From Pecten maximus (taxonomy: Eukaryota), in the NCBI RefSeq assembly GCF_902652985.1, contig NC_047027.1, positions 12,090,001 through 12,154,000 of the forward strand: 64,000 bases of DNA, in the 5' to 3' direction. Of this stretch, positions 49,601-61,372 are shown piece after piece (positions within the stretch are counted from its first letter, which is position 1; each line of letters begins with the position of its first letter). Position numbers and translations under genes: made by a program. The notes under the pieces were generated by a model. It made no database searches and was not told the origin of the DNA. It saw nothing but the letters and a program-made list of their open reading frames with translations.

Positions 49601-52600
49601 GCCTGTCGGCCATGTTGTTTTCTGTTTGGTTTCAAAACGCAATATGCATAACTAGGCACCAAGGGAAACCTACATATGAAATTTCAGAAAGATCCATTCA
49701 GTACTTTCTCAGAAATAGTGATAACAAACTTCAATTGTCAAAATCCAAGATGGCTGCCTGTCAGCCATGTTGTTTTCTGATTGGTCTCAAAACGCAATAT
49801 GCATAACAAGGCACCATAGGAAACCTACATATGAAATTTGAGAAAGATCCCTTACATACTTTCTCAGAAATAGTGATAACAAACTTCAATTGTCAAAATT
49901 CAAGATGGCTGCCTGTCGGCCATGTTGTTTTCAGATTGGTCTCAAAACGCAATATGCATAACTAGGCATCAAGGGAAACCTACATATGAAATTTGAGAAA
50001 GATCCCTTCAGTACTTTCTGAGATATAGCGATAACAATCTTCAATTGTCAAAATCCAAGATGGCTGCCTGTCGGCCATCTTGTTTTCAGATTGGTTTCAA
50101 ATCGCAATATGCATAACTAGGCACCAAGGGAAACCTACATATGAAATTTAAGAAAGATCCCTTCAGTACTTTCTCAGAAATAGCGATAACAAACTTCAAT
50201 TGTCAAAATCCAAGATGGCTGCCTGTCGGCCATGTTGTTATCCGATTGGTCTCAAAACGCAATATGCATAACTAAGCACCAAAGGAAACCTTCATATGAA
50301 ATTTGAGAAAGATCCCATCAGTACTTTCTCAGAAATAGCGATAACAAACTTCAATTGTCAAAATCCAAGATGGCTGCCTGTCGGCCATGTTGTTTTCCGA
50401 TTGGTCTCAAAACGCAATATGCATAACTAGACACCAAGGGGAACCTACATATGAAATTTGAGAAAGATCCCTTCAGTACTTTCTCAGAAATAGCGATAAC
50501 AAGAATTGTTTACGGACGGAGGGACGGACGGACGGAGGGACGGACGGACGGACGACGGACCACGGACGCAGGGCGATTTGAATAGCCCACCATCTGATGA
50601 TGGTGGGCTAATAAAACCAAACCTAACTCAATGAAGTCTCAAGTGACCTATTCTAATCGCCTTTTTTTCCGCCATCTGTCTGATAAGTTGACAACATTTA
50701 CATTTTCAACTCCTTCTCAGAAATCCCTAAACCAATCTCAATGAAATTAAAAAAAATCATGGCCAAAGGTAAACCCAAATTGTGAATTAGATGATCCCCA
50801 ATTGCCAGGGGATTGAAGGGCAGGGCAAAAAGAGGTCAAATTGACTGAAATTTCAAAAATCTTCTTTAGCCCTAAATGGTAGAATCAAATACTCTTCAAA
50901 GATGGAAGGGTCTTCATGATACTTTACCAAAATTGTGAATTTGATGACCCTGGGGTCTCATGTTTGCCCCTGGGGAGTGGGTAAACTACTAGAGTTTACC
51001 TGGTATGATTTGTTAAATTGCCATTGGAAATATTACAAACCTCTTAACGTGACTGACCCCCAGAGGTTGATGAATGGGGCCTAAAAGGGTCAAATTACTC
51101 CGAAATGTTTCAGAAATCAGATGACATTTGAGGCGCCTGGGCCTCTCTTGTAACACCAACCCCCAAAACCCCATCAATCTAAACTTCCCCTCCCTCCACC
51201 ATGTACCTGCCAGTTTTTCACACACTCTTGCCCCATATATGCGCGATGCAGTCTTTTGTAGATTCCTACTCCAAATGTGTATTCACCAATTTTTCACACA
51301 CTCTAGATCTTGCCCCATACATAAGTACTTCAGTATCTTGCTCCAACTGTGTACCTACCAGTTTTTCGTAGGCGGCTGCCCGGTTGTGGTAGAAAGTTGC
51401 CAGGTCTGCCTTACTGTCGGGTGGACACATCTGTATGGCCTGAGTGTAGCATGTTATAGCTTGGTCATAGCGTGTAGCCTTAAAGTACTTGTTCCCTTTA
51501 TTTTTCTCTCCTTGAGCCTTTTCCAATGGTGTCTGCTCCTAAAACAAAAACAGAAAAAAAAAAAATTCTTTAATTTATCAAACATACAAGGGATATTTAC
51601 CTATATTAGCTGTTTATATAAATATGAGATAGATATGACAATGTAGTGCTCAGTCTCAATTTCTGACAGAAAATAAATGTGCATATTGAAAAGTTCAAAT
51701 TCTAAAAAGCATGCATTCTGAACTTTTAAATTATAAACTTATACATGTAAAAGACATTAATTATTATTAACAAACTTATACTGGATTCAATAAGTGTAAC
51801 TGGAAATGGAAATTGCAGCAAATTAGGCTGTAATAATTCAATTTGGAATGGGGCCCATTAACAGCCCCAAAAGCCCTTTAAAAATCCCAGACTAAAGATA
51901 TACTTAAATTCTGACATGGTTAATTATAACATTTATTTCAGTGTGACATTCTGCTACCAGGTACATGTATGTACATATTGCCTCTAGCAACTGAGTGTAA
52001 TATTTCTGAAAACTTCAGGAGGAATTCTTTCTCATTTTCATAAAAGAACAAGTACTATATGTGAAAAATTTGGCTGTTCAACAGTATAAACATTTTCTGA
52101 TCTAGGTTCTCTTTTTTAAGCTGCAATCAAATACCAAACAAAGAAGTCAATCGTGATGAATATTTCAGCTCTTTGTTTGAAAATAACGACCCAAACAACA
52201 ATCGGTAACTTATTCAACATTTAAAACATATACCTGGCTCCATTAAGTCATTGTATTTAAACTTAATTGTGTTGCAAAATAATGTTAATCAGATTCTATT
52301 AATAATTGTGTAGGCCAAGATGAAAGCATGTGAGGGGGCCATATATATATACTGTGAGAGAAAATTTGAGTACCCGGAAGAAACCTATGTGTTAATTTAA
52401 GGCACGTGACCACATACCTACTCACATTCAATCGAGGAATCATAGCCACTCAGCTACCATCCATACACATAAACATGCTAAATGCCTTCAAACACTCCTT
52501 TAGTTTTTCATTCAACACCAACCTATATTACATAATTATCATATGGGTGTGAGGGAAATAGCACTTTTGTCTCCCTTGACATTAATTATTTTTCTCTGCT

Positions 52601-55088
52601 TCCCCTCAGGTAATAGTTAATGTCAAGGAGGCAATAAAAGTGCTATTTACAGAAATATACATACAATAACTGTTTTATTATATCCATATTTGAATTACCG
52701 TATTTGACCTAATAAGGGCGCAGGGCGCGGGTAATTGACAGTGGGGGCGCCCTTATTAAGATTAGTTTTTCTGAAGTTTTATGAAACAGACTATACCTTA
52801 TAGCAGAATACCCAAGGTTGTGGAAACGGTAAAATATTCAGTCATAAAAATATTCCAGATGAAGATATCTATTCATTATCATATATTAAGCTTAAACATC
52901 ACTTGAATACTCATGTAAACTTGTAAACCATGCCAGCTGATCTTTAGACCTGCAGAGAACGTGTGTGAATCCACCATTTATGTTCAAATGGAACTCTTTT
53001 GTGTTCTATTTATAGAAACAGGTGATTTCCCAGATCATATCAGACATCGTTTTCTTTGACTTAATAATTGATTTACAATGTCTTTTACTAGCTTTCTGTT
53101 CTGAACAAAAGTTATTTATCAACAAGAATGAAGTCTTTACTTTATCTTCAAATAAAGATGGTAAGTTATTATTTGTATGTGTGTTTAGTTTTGGGTGCTC
53201 TTTGCACTGACATGTCATCTGTAGCCTGTAGGAATACACAAAATGTGGCGAAAACATGTGTTCCAGTTACTTAATTTGCTGAAGAAAATTGAACACATAA
53301 AGTAGCAAAATATTTCACATAAATTATTACTTTTGAACACCATTTTGACACTCAGTCAAAGAGTTATTTCCTTGAAAAAAGGTAGGGGCGCTCTTATTAG
53401 GTCAAATACGGTATTCAATTTCTCCTACCAGTGTTCATATCCCCAAGTCTCCTTAATATTTTTTCTGACTTTATCGTAATGAATATAAGGGATGGCTGCC
53501 CAAAGCTATATGACAAATGCATAGACCAATCAGAGTGAATGGAGCAAAAAAAAAAAAGAGTGAAAATTTAAAGCTCATTCCAGATAATTATTAGCACTTT
53601 TGACAATTCAACCGGTTCATAAAAACTTTTGGAGGATTTGTTTCAAATTTCTAATTTTCTACTTTTTATATAGTGTAAAATAAGGAAAGGTATAATAACA
53701 GACAATATAAATCAGAGAAGATTAATTATTACATTTTTACCGGTGAAAGTATCAAAAATTATTCATTCTATAAAAGTGATATTTTTCATCATATTTTTCA
53801 CTGAAAAATATCACTTTTGCTGATCTGACCAATCAAATTAATTATTAGAAGTACCAAAATAATTGACCAATCAGAAAGCCCGACATATATGTCAGCACCT
53901 GGACAGGGGAAACTACTTTTTTTTGTTTACAAATTACCGCTGTAGTCCTACATTTTTAGTTAGCATAGGGGGTAGGGTTTTCGTTGATAAAAAATGTAAT
54001 AAACAGAATATCTAACAGTGTCTTCAGTAATACCAAATATATTTCACTCGTGTGGCTAATATTTTGATATTTTTCACTTGTGCTGCGAACTCGTGAAAAA
54101 TATCAAAATATTAGCCCCACTCGTGAAATATATTTGGTATTACTGAAGACACTGTTAGATATCCTCTATCTATTTACCCTTAAAATATTCTTAAGCTGGT
54201 GGTAGGATTTTCGACTTGACCTTCTCAATCTCTGACATTTGAAAGCTCAATGGTTAATATTATAGGAGATTGTATCTAATATGCTATTGCCCCTCCTTAT
54301 TCATCCAGTCACAAGCACTTGTTTTAAAAAACACAAACACAGAAACAGGCTCAAGGTTCACATCAGATATAGATAGAGCGCTCTAGACAGACAGAGAAAA
54401 CATAGACCTAACTTAAATCAATGGCCAAATTTTACCCACACATCAAATAGTTGCAACCTTCGTACATATTCAATTCCATTCACCTTTTTACAAAGCGAAA
54501 GTAGACAGTAGCAGAGAAATACACAGACCCAGATTTAATACTAGATTTCGACTAGCTACCATAAGGAAATTACAGATTTATATAGTGAGTTGAAACTGAC
54601 ATCTAATATGTTACTCTGAGATGTTATAAAATCGATTATCTTATTTGTTATATGGATATATAATATCCAGTCTGGAGGTTATCCTTATTTGAAGTTGAAG
54701 GACACGCCATGCTAAACAGGTAAATTGTACATTCTCAAGTCTCCACGCGGTTGTTGCTCATGCACAACACATCTCATTCAAATAACAGTAATGTCAACTA
54801 CAAAGAATTGACTCGACAGTGATGTCAACATACCTCCTCTGTAGCGGACACCGGCTTCGTTGGAGATGGCGTCGAGCGTGTATCTTTGCCGGTACTCGAC
54901 GTCGTGTTATCTTTCACATCTCGTTTTTTAGGGGAAGATTTGGCGTCTTTTCGCTTGCTTCGCCTGTATGCCCACACTCCTCCGATGACGACAGCCAAAG
55001 GAGCTCCGATAGCGAGCGCCACCTGCCATTTTGGCCAAGTATCGGCCGAATTTGTGTCACTAACCACACTTTTACTGGCCGCAGCCAT
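37443..55088 (-). CDS. TOMM70: Mitochondrial import receptor subunit TOM70 (gene span, 11 coding exons, about 597 aa)
   Basis: join(54834-55088, 51359-51538, 47644-47770, 46993-47102, 46446-46594, 45878-46085, 43643-43777, 43288-43393, 42679-42904, 38976-39098, 37443-37617) = 1794 nt, phase-consistent. N-terminal anchor WQVALAIGAPL, TPR clamp KNKGNKYFK...FYHNRAAAYEKL, LEDVTALCILEGFQN, DPENADIYHHRG, C-terminal EMAHLFSL. Confidence 0.96.
37631..38215. repeat. 29/21-bp minisatellite abutting the last TOM70 acceptor site
   Basis: cagattcatgtcatcaaagtgataagttg units and truncated 21-bp units. Confidence 0.93.
38630..38890. repeat. 31/45-bp minisatellite
   Basis: cacagacaaaccctgaagattgcatgtcaaa. 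Confidence 0.88.
38976..39098 (-). CDS. TOMM70: TOM70 exon 10
   Basis: LLKLQADKDIKEATRTINTALELDNRCEYAYEVLGTLEVQ. Confidence 0.93.
39639..39822 (+). mobile_element. Short HINE-like element
   Basis: Starts aactagaaaatgtctgtaagacataaatgcccc and ends taacactatatgc...ggcataaaa. Confidence 0.5.
39920..42015. repeat. 52-bp G-rich satellite, about 40 copies, in TOM70 intron 9
   Basis: gcctggtgggatggacagggacaaactgggagggacatccatgggtaacatg. Confidence 0.97.
42218..42636 (+). mobile_element. HINE-like element
   Basis: 5' aacaagaggccgaagggcc hairpin plus ggttatctgac. 3' gacccttcgggtcagatgacctaaaa (hairpin plus an inverted copy of the 5' subterminal motif). Confidence 0.7.
42679..42904 (-). CDS. TOMM70: TOM70 exon 9
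   Basis: ...ALYAQALGDAGKFEEAEVQFAEAVRLDPDNATALVHRG. Confidence 0.94.
43288..43393 (-). CDS. TOMM70: TOM70 exon 8
   Basis: HNIQLERIDDALRDLENAISKDPTFAASHVQKSFA. Confidence 0.92.
43643..43777 (-). CDS. TOMM70: TOM70 exon 7
   Basis: VRVNAMIKRGSIYIQ...DPENADIYHHRGH. Confidence 0.94.
45115..45722. mobile_element. Non-autonomous element with a terminal long hairpin (Crypton-like architecture) and an internal tRNA-like fragment
   Basis: ttctaccatg (45125) and catggtagaa (45552) are inverted. Imperfect hairpin at 45565-45720. tagccgagtgg...gagttcgaatcc at 45281-45342. Confidence 0.5.
45878..46085 (-). CDS. TOMM70: TOM70 exon 6
   Basis: PYQQALWKIMAEDYDDIVSLCTQEL...AKLLRGTLYLL. Confidence 0.94.
46446..46594 (-). 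CDS. TOMM70: TOM70 exon 5
   Basis: NRKPAMPSKHFIRTYFAAFVNDPI. Confidence 0.93.
46993..47102 (-). CDS. TOMM70: TOM70 exon 4
   Basis: DVTALCILEGFQNPNSLQTADRVLKNLGQTKAKEAFR. Confidence 0.95.
47644..47770 (-). CDS. TOMM70: TOM70 exon 3
   Basis: VVEDCTTALELNNRYVKALTRRATACEQL. Confidence 0.95.
48404..48796 (+). mobile_element. SINE with a Meta-domain-like core, best-preserved copy in the window
   Basis: cataccagagtctttaaaaatggtagttgctactcctgcttagcgctcagcat core and tail gggaggccgtccttaattgaccttagctgttaataggacgttaaac. At least 5 other copies or fragments in the window. Confidence 0.8.
48797..50613 (+). mobile_element. Complete HINE/pearl-type (Helentron-associated) element carrying a 155-bp satellite array
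   Basis: 5' aacaagagatccc-aga-gggatc hairpin plus subTIR gcccaccat. About 9 x 155-bp units (49106-50500). (GACG)n microsatellite at 50513-50570. 3' hairpin tagcccaccatc-tgat-gatggtgggcta. Confidence 0.88.
50625..51152 (-). mobile_element. HINE-like element in reverse orientation
   Basis: caagtgacctattctaatcgcc...atctgtc at one end and tcagatgacatttgaggcgcctgggcctctcttgt at the other. Internal ~170-bp repeats (caaattgtgaatt...aaaagaggtcaaattg). Confidence 0.6.
51359..51538 (-). CDS. TOMM70: TOM70 exon 2
   Basis: EKAQGEKNKGNKYFKATRYDQAITCYTQAI...FYHNRAAAYEKL. Confidence 0.96.
52698..53411. mobile_element. Tc1/mariner-type MITE with a TA target duplication
   Basis: TA|ccgtatttgacctaataag ... 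cttattaggtcaaatacgg|TA, a perfect 19-bp TIR. Confidence 0.9.
53705..54170. mobile_element. Non-autonomous element with a near-perfect 155-nt terminal hairpin (Crypton-like architecture)
   Basis: Arms at 54008-54077 and 54093-54162 are near-perfect reverse complements. Confidence 0.65.
54834..55088 (-). CDS. TOMM70: TOM70 exon 1 (N-terminal signal anchor)
   Basis: MAAASKSVVSDTNSADTWPKWQVALAIGAPLAVVIGGVWAYRR..., donor gtatgt. Confidence 0.93.
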
Positions 55089-55113
55089 ATTGGGAAAAGA
55101 TCGCACGTGACCA
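55078..55113 (-). promoter_or_regulatory. YY1-like motif over the TOM70 ATG and an adjacent E-box (GTCACGTG)
   Basis: Minus strand reads ggtcacgtgcgatcttttcccaatATGgctgcggc. Confidence 0.35.
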
Positions 55114-56132
55114 GTTTCAGTTTGTAGATCAATGTCTGAAAGATGCTTGAAAATAACTTGTTTAAACAAATTAGTTTCATCGGTGTCTCAAAGACGCTTC
55201 AAAATAACTTTTTTAAAAACTGATCTCTCTTGGCCCTATAATCTATAACTTACAGTAGGACATATCACAGAGAAAGATAGAAAGACTATTTGGATAATTC
55301 TATGGAAAGTTTTCTTGTTTTAAGATAGCTATATGTCTCCGAGTAGAAGATTCGATACTTTATATTAACAAACTATATATAAAAATAATATTTTATAACA
55401 ATTCATGAAAAATATACATTTTCTAACGCACACAGTTCACTTTATTTATATAAAAAAATAAATTGATCTAATGACGTACAAAATATGTATGTTCTTAAAA
55501 TTATCAAATGAATGTTTAAATGTACTTATGAAGCTATAACAAAACTCTACAATATCACACTCGTCAACTTCTTGAAATTATGTACATAATGTACATATTT
55601 GTTTCGACCTACATTAAAATCTTGTAAGAACACTATATTTATGGCAAACTATTACCTTACATATTTTACTGTACGTGCTATATACTCTTTCGTGTGCATT
55701 TTTAAAATTCATAACATTGATGAATTTGAAGTTTTGCTGAAAAAAAATTCTGTACATTTTGCGACAAAAAACACAAGTATAGCTATAAATGTAAGGTGAA
55801 GGGCAATAACTCCTACAGCCTCCAGGTCTCATCTCCTGTCGTTAAAATTATGATTGTAGGTACGATATATCGTATAGATACAGCGGCTTGGCACGATTTT
55901 CCATATCATCTTATAGACGACTTCCACGTTGATCATGTCAGGGTATCGGGCCGACCATCACTGCGCCATTGAAACGTTCTTTTTAAGAACAAAAAGTTGA
56001 CTCAGATTATTCTAAAGAGAAATTCCCCTAACGCGGGAATATATATCTACAAAGCAACCGTATAGCCTGTCATTCTCCTATAGGTAGTATACCTGGAGCG
56101 GTCAACAGCACATATTATTCTTGTCCCTCTAC

Positions 56133-59122
56133 ATATCGTAATAAACTAACTGTTAATAGTTCCTCTGAATATCGTAATATACCGACTGTTAATTCTAGTT
56201 CCTCTGTATATCGTAATATACCGACTGTTAATTCTAGTTCCTCTATATATCGTTATATACTAACTGTTAATTCTAGTTCCTCTGTATATCGTAATATACT
56301 AACTGTTAATTCTAGTTCCTCTGTATATCGTAATATATACTAACTGTTAATTCTAGTTCGTCTATATATCGTAATATACTAACTGTTAATTCTAGTTCCT
56401 ATGTATATCGTAATATATACTAACTGTTAATTCTAGTTCCTCTGTATATCGTAATATACTAACTGTTAATTCTAGTTCCTATGTATATCGTAATATATAC
56501 TAACTGTTAATTCTAGTTCCTATGTATATCGTAATATACTAACTGTTAATTCTAGTTCCTCTGTATATCGTAATATACTAACTGTTAATTCTAGTTCCTC
56601 TGTATATCGTACTATATACTAACTGTTAATTCTAGTTCCTATGTATATCGTAATATACTAACTGTTAATTCTAGTTCCTCTGTATATCGTACTATATACT
56701 AACTGTTAATTCTAGTTCCTCTGTATATCGTAATATATACTAACTGTTAATTCTAGTTCCTCTGTATATCGTAATATACTAACGGTAAATTCTAGTTCCT
56801 CTGTATATCGTAATATACTAACTGTTAATTCTAGTTCCTCTGTATATCGTACTATACACTAACTGTTAATTCTAGTTCCTCTGTATATCGTACTATATAC
56901 TAACTGTTAATTCTAGTTTCTCTATATATCGTACTATACACTAACTGTTAATTCTAGTTCCTCTGTATATCGTAATATACTAACTGTTAATTCTAGTTCC
57001 TCTGTATATCGTAATATACTAACTGTTAATTCTAGTTCCTCTGTATATCGTAATATACTAACTGTTAATTCTAGTTCCTCTGTATATCGTACTATATACT
57101 AACTGTTAATTCTAGTTCCTCTGTATATCGTTATATACTAACTGTTAATTCTAGTTCCTCTGTATATCGTAATATACTAACTGTTAATTTTAGTTCCTCT
57201 ATATATCGTAATATACCGACTGTTAATTCTAGTTCCTCTGTATATCGTAATATACTAACTGTTAATTCTAGTTCCTCTGTATATCGTACTATATACTAAC
57301 TGTTAATTCTAGTTCCTCTGTATATCGTAATATACTAACTGTTAATTTTAGTTCCTCTGTATATCGTAATATACTAACTGTTAATTCTAGTTCCTCTATA
57401 TATCGTAATATACTAACTGTTAATTCTAGTTCCTCTGTATATCGTAATATACTAACTGTTAATTCTAGTTCCTCAATATATCGTAATATACTAACTGTTA
57501 ATTCTAGTTCCTCTGTATATCGTAATATACTAACTGTTAATTCTAGTTCCTCTGTATATCGTACTATATACTAACTGTTAATTCTAGTTCCTCTGTATAT
57601 CGTAATATATACTAACTGTTAATTCTAGTTCCTCTATATATCGTAATATACTAACTGTTAATTCTAGTTCCTCTATATATCGTAAAATATACTAACTGTT
57701 AATTCTAGTTCCTCTGTATATCGTAATATACTAACTGTTAATTCTAGTTCCTCTGTATATCGTTATATACCGACTGTTAATTCTAGTTCCTCTGTATATC
57801 GTAATATACTAACTGTTAATTCTAGTTCCTCTGTATATCGTACTATATACTAACTGTTAATTCTAGTTCCTCTATATATCGTACTATATACTAACTGTTA
57901 ATTCTAGTTCCTCTGTATATCGTTATATACCGACTGTTAATTCTAGTTCCTCTGTATATCGTAATATACTAACTGTTAATTCTAGTTCCTCTGTATATCG
58001 TACTATATACTAACTGTTAATTCTAGTTCCTCTATATATCGTACTATATACTAACTGTTAATTCTAGTTCCTCTATATATCGTACTATATACTAACTGTT
58101 AATTCTAGTTCCTCTATATATCGTAATATACTAACTGTTAATTCTAGTTCCTCTGTATATCGTAATATATACTAACTGTTAATTCTAGTTCCTCTGTATA
58201 TCGTAATATACTAACTGTTAATTCTAGTTCCTCTGTATATCGTACTATATACTAACTGTTAATTCTAGTTCCTCTATATATCGTAATATACTAACTGTTA
58301 ATTCTAGTTCCTCTGTATATCGTAATATATACTAACTGTTAATTCTAGTTCCTCTGTATATCGTACTATATACTAACTGTTAATTCTAGTTCCTCTGTAT
58401 ATCGTACTATATACTAACTGTTAATTCTAGTTCCTCTGTATATCGTACTATATACTAACTGTTAATTCTAGTTCCTCTATATATCGTAATATACTAACTG
58501 TTAATTCTAGTTCCTCTGTATATCGTAATATACTAACTGTTAATTCTAGTTCCTCTGTATATCGTAATATACTAACTGTTAATTCTAGTTCCTCTATATA
58601 TCGTTATATACTAACTGTTAATTCTAGTTCCTCTGTATATCGTACTATATACTAACTGTTAATTCTAGTTCCTCTGTATATCGTAATATACTAACTGTTA
58701 ATTCTAGTTCCTCTGTATATCGTAATATACTAACTGTTAATTCTAGTTCCTCTATATATCGTTATATACTAACTGTTAATTCTAGTTCCTCTGTATATCG
58801 TACTATATACTAACTGTTAATTCTAGTTCCTCTGTATATCGTAATATACTAACTGTTAATTCTAGTTCCTCTATATATCGTTATATACTAACTGTTAATT
58901 CTAGTTCCTCTATATATCGTAATACACCGACTGTTAATTCTAGTTCCTCTATATATCGTACTATATACTAACTGTTAATTCTAGTTCCTCTGTATATCGT
59001 AATATACTAACTGTTAATTCTAGTTCCTCTATATATCGTAATATACTAACTGTTAATTCTAGTTCCTCTATATATCGTAATATACTAACTGTTAATTCTA
59101 GTTCCTCTGTTTATCGTTATAC
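56133..59122. repeat. 39/41-bp AT-rich satellite, about 74 copies
   Basis: tactaactgttaattctagttcctctgtatatcgtaata. Confidence 0.97.
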
Positions 59123-59393
59123 ACCGGCTGATCATTCACTTACAATACCAGAACTATAAGTCTTAACAATCAGACGAGAATTCAGTGTGTGTATCAGCAA
59201 GACTCGGTCATGTGAGAAAAGGAAACACCGATCTGGACAGGAAGTCAGTCGGACGTGTCGTGTTTATTCAGACAATACCACAGATCTGGACTAATGTATA
59301 AGAACAATGCTAAATGAAGCACAGCGAGATGGCCAACGTTTTTTGTAGGTAAAGGAATTATAGTTTGTTTGTTTACATCAAAACACGAATATC

Positions 59394-59843
59394 ATGGATT
59401 CCAGAATGGTATTTAATATTCGGGGTTCTAGGTTCGAGACTTTAAAATCGACTTTATCAAAGGCACCAGGAAAACTACTAAAACAATTAGATACAGGTAG
59501 CGAATATTATGATCCAGGTAAACAGGAGTACTTCTTTGACCGCGACCCAGACATCTTTAACAGTGTGTTAAACATGTGTAATACAGGATTACTACACATC
59601 CCAAAACACATCTGTACCAGGCTCTTCAGATCAGAGATGATGTTTTGGGGTGTATCTACCACAAAGATATCCACGTGCTGCTGGGGGACCTACTTCAAAG
59701 AGGACGAAGAGGCGGAGGTTATTGAACATCTACAGGAAACAAATAAACAAGTGAACGAGATGTCACAATCTCTAAAGAAGGACAGTGCTCGATACAAATT
59801 CTGGATTACCATAGAAGACCCCGAGTCTTCACTAATAGCCAAG
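59394..59843 (+). CDS. Voltage-gated K+ channel, Shaw/Kv3-like, exon 1 (T1/BTB domain)
   Basis: FNIRGSRFET...EYFFDRDPDIFNSVLN...LHIPKHIC-x20-CCWGTY (Zn motif HX5CX20CC), donor AAG|gtaggc. Confidence 0.92.
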
Positions 59844-60595
59844 GTAGGCCGATCTGTGACGTAATGTCAACGTCAAACTATTGTCTATGACGTCATAGAT
59901 TTATCAGTTTTAAACGTCACATTCTCCGATATTTAGACATAACGTTAACCTGTTCCTCAAAATTATAATATATCACAACGAATTACTCTTTCTGATCTTG
60001 TTCATTTTCGTCGTGACACCTGAATTCATTGACTTACATGATAAATATTAAAGCGACTATAACTGTAGATTTCATAATCGGTTTCATGTTCATAATATGA
60101 TGACTTCTTATAAATAGTGATATCGGTTATATATAAAGATATACATGTATAGCGATGAACGAGCCTATACCGTTAAAACAATTCTATGAATATATATTTA
60201 AAAGAGTGTTCCGCGGAAAAAGCCGAGTGGAGTCACGTGAGTGCGAATGACTAATCCGCACAGCGTTCAGCTGACGCGCATTAATGTACATTGTTACCGT
60301 TCTACGTATTTCGAAAGGACGGCTGAGAACACTTTTGATGTTCTTAATGAAGAACAAGTCTTATCCTTACGATACTTAATTTTAATGTTACGAATGATAA
60401 CATTTTTACAGTTATAGTCACTTTATGTTACACGAAAGGTAGCCATCGTTATTGTTTTCGCGGTCTTAATGATTAGCGCCTACAAAAGTCATACAACTGA
60501 ATAGTTCCTTCCAATGTGAATTTGTAAATAAATGCAGTGATAGTAGAAACATTATTATATTAATATTAAATTATTAAACTACCTCCCTTAAACAA

Positions 60596-61245
60596 TGTCT
60601 CACTTTTGGCCTTAATTTGGTATTTCACCCCTTTCTGAAAGGATTTAGGTTCAGTCCCTTGGCCTTTGATTGAGCGTTCGTGCCTGTGAGGATTCCCCAG
60701 ACCGTGACATACCAGAGTCTTTTCCGTCAATAGTAGTCTTAAACTAATGGTACCGTATGACGTCAAAGTTCCTGCTTAACTTTTGGGGGTTAGACGACTG
60801 GTTTGACAGTTGTCATTATACAATTATTGCCCTTGTTCAGGGTTGACATGAATATTTGACCACCCGAGTTGGGGCTCACGAGAGGGTGACATAACGATTT
60901 TGGAGGGCTCACGAGAGGGTGACATGATGATATTCAGAGGATGACATGATGTTTCGAAAGCGACAGCAAGTAAATAATGAATTATTTGGAAATTTGTGGT
61001 TGACATAACGAATGTTTTTAATCACGTGACATGGTTTTCACTAATCAGAAGCTGTGATACAAGTCTAATGTATGATACTATATTTTGACAGGGTGGGGTA
61101 TCCTGCTGGATATATTCGGCAGTATCCTTCAACGAGGTAACACTGAAGTCTGCATCAGTTTCGTGCAATCACAATGTGCCTTCCGAACCACTCATGCACA
61201 AACCATCGATGTCTCACACACGGGAGGCCGTCCTTAAAATGTTCA
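60596..61245 (+). mobile_element. SINE (48404 family) split by a ~265-bp insertion
   Basis: 5' half at 60596-60822 and 3' half at 61088-61245 (…gggaggccgtccttaaa). The intervening sequence is unrelated. Confidence 0.7.
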
Positions 61246-61372
61246 TTTAAAAGGATTTTCAGGACAGTGAGCCGATGATGCAAACCCAACAATTGTATAA
61301 ATGCAGGAATATCTTTTTAGTATATTTAAAATAACACCTATGTTTAATCAGCTTTTACTTTATACATTGTAG

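Noticed and set aside
1-59122. CRISPR-like appearance of the regular repeats
   Set aside because: Units are head-to-tail with no unique spacers, there are no cas genes, and the context is eukaryotic
59340-59356. ttttgtag|gtaaag as a recursive splice site upstream of the Kv ATG
   Set aside because: Equally explained as an ordinary acceptor or chance, and cannot be supported without transcript data
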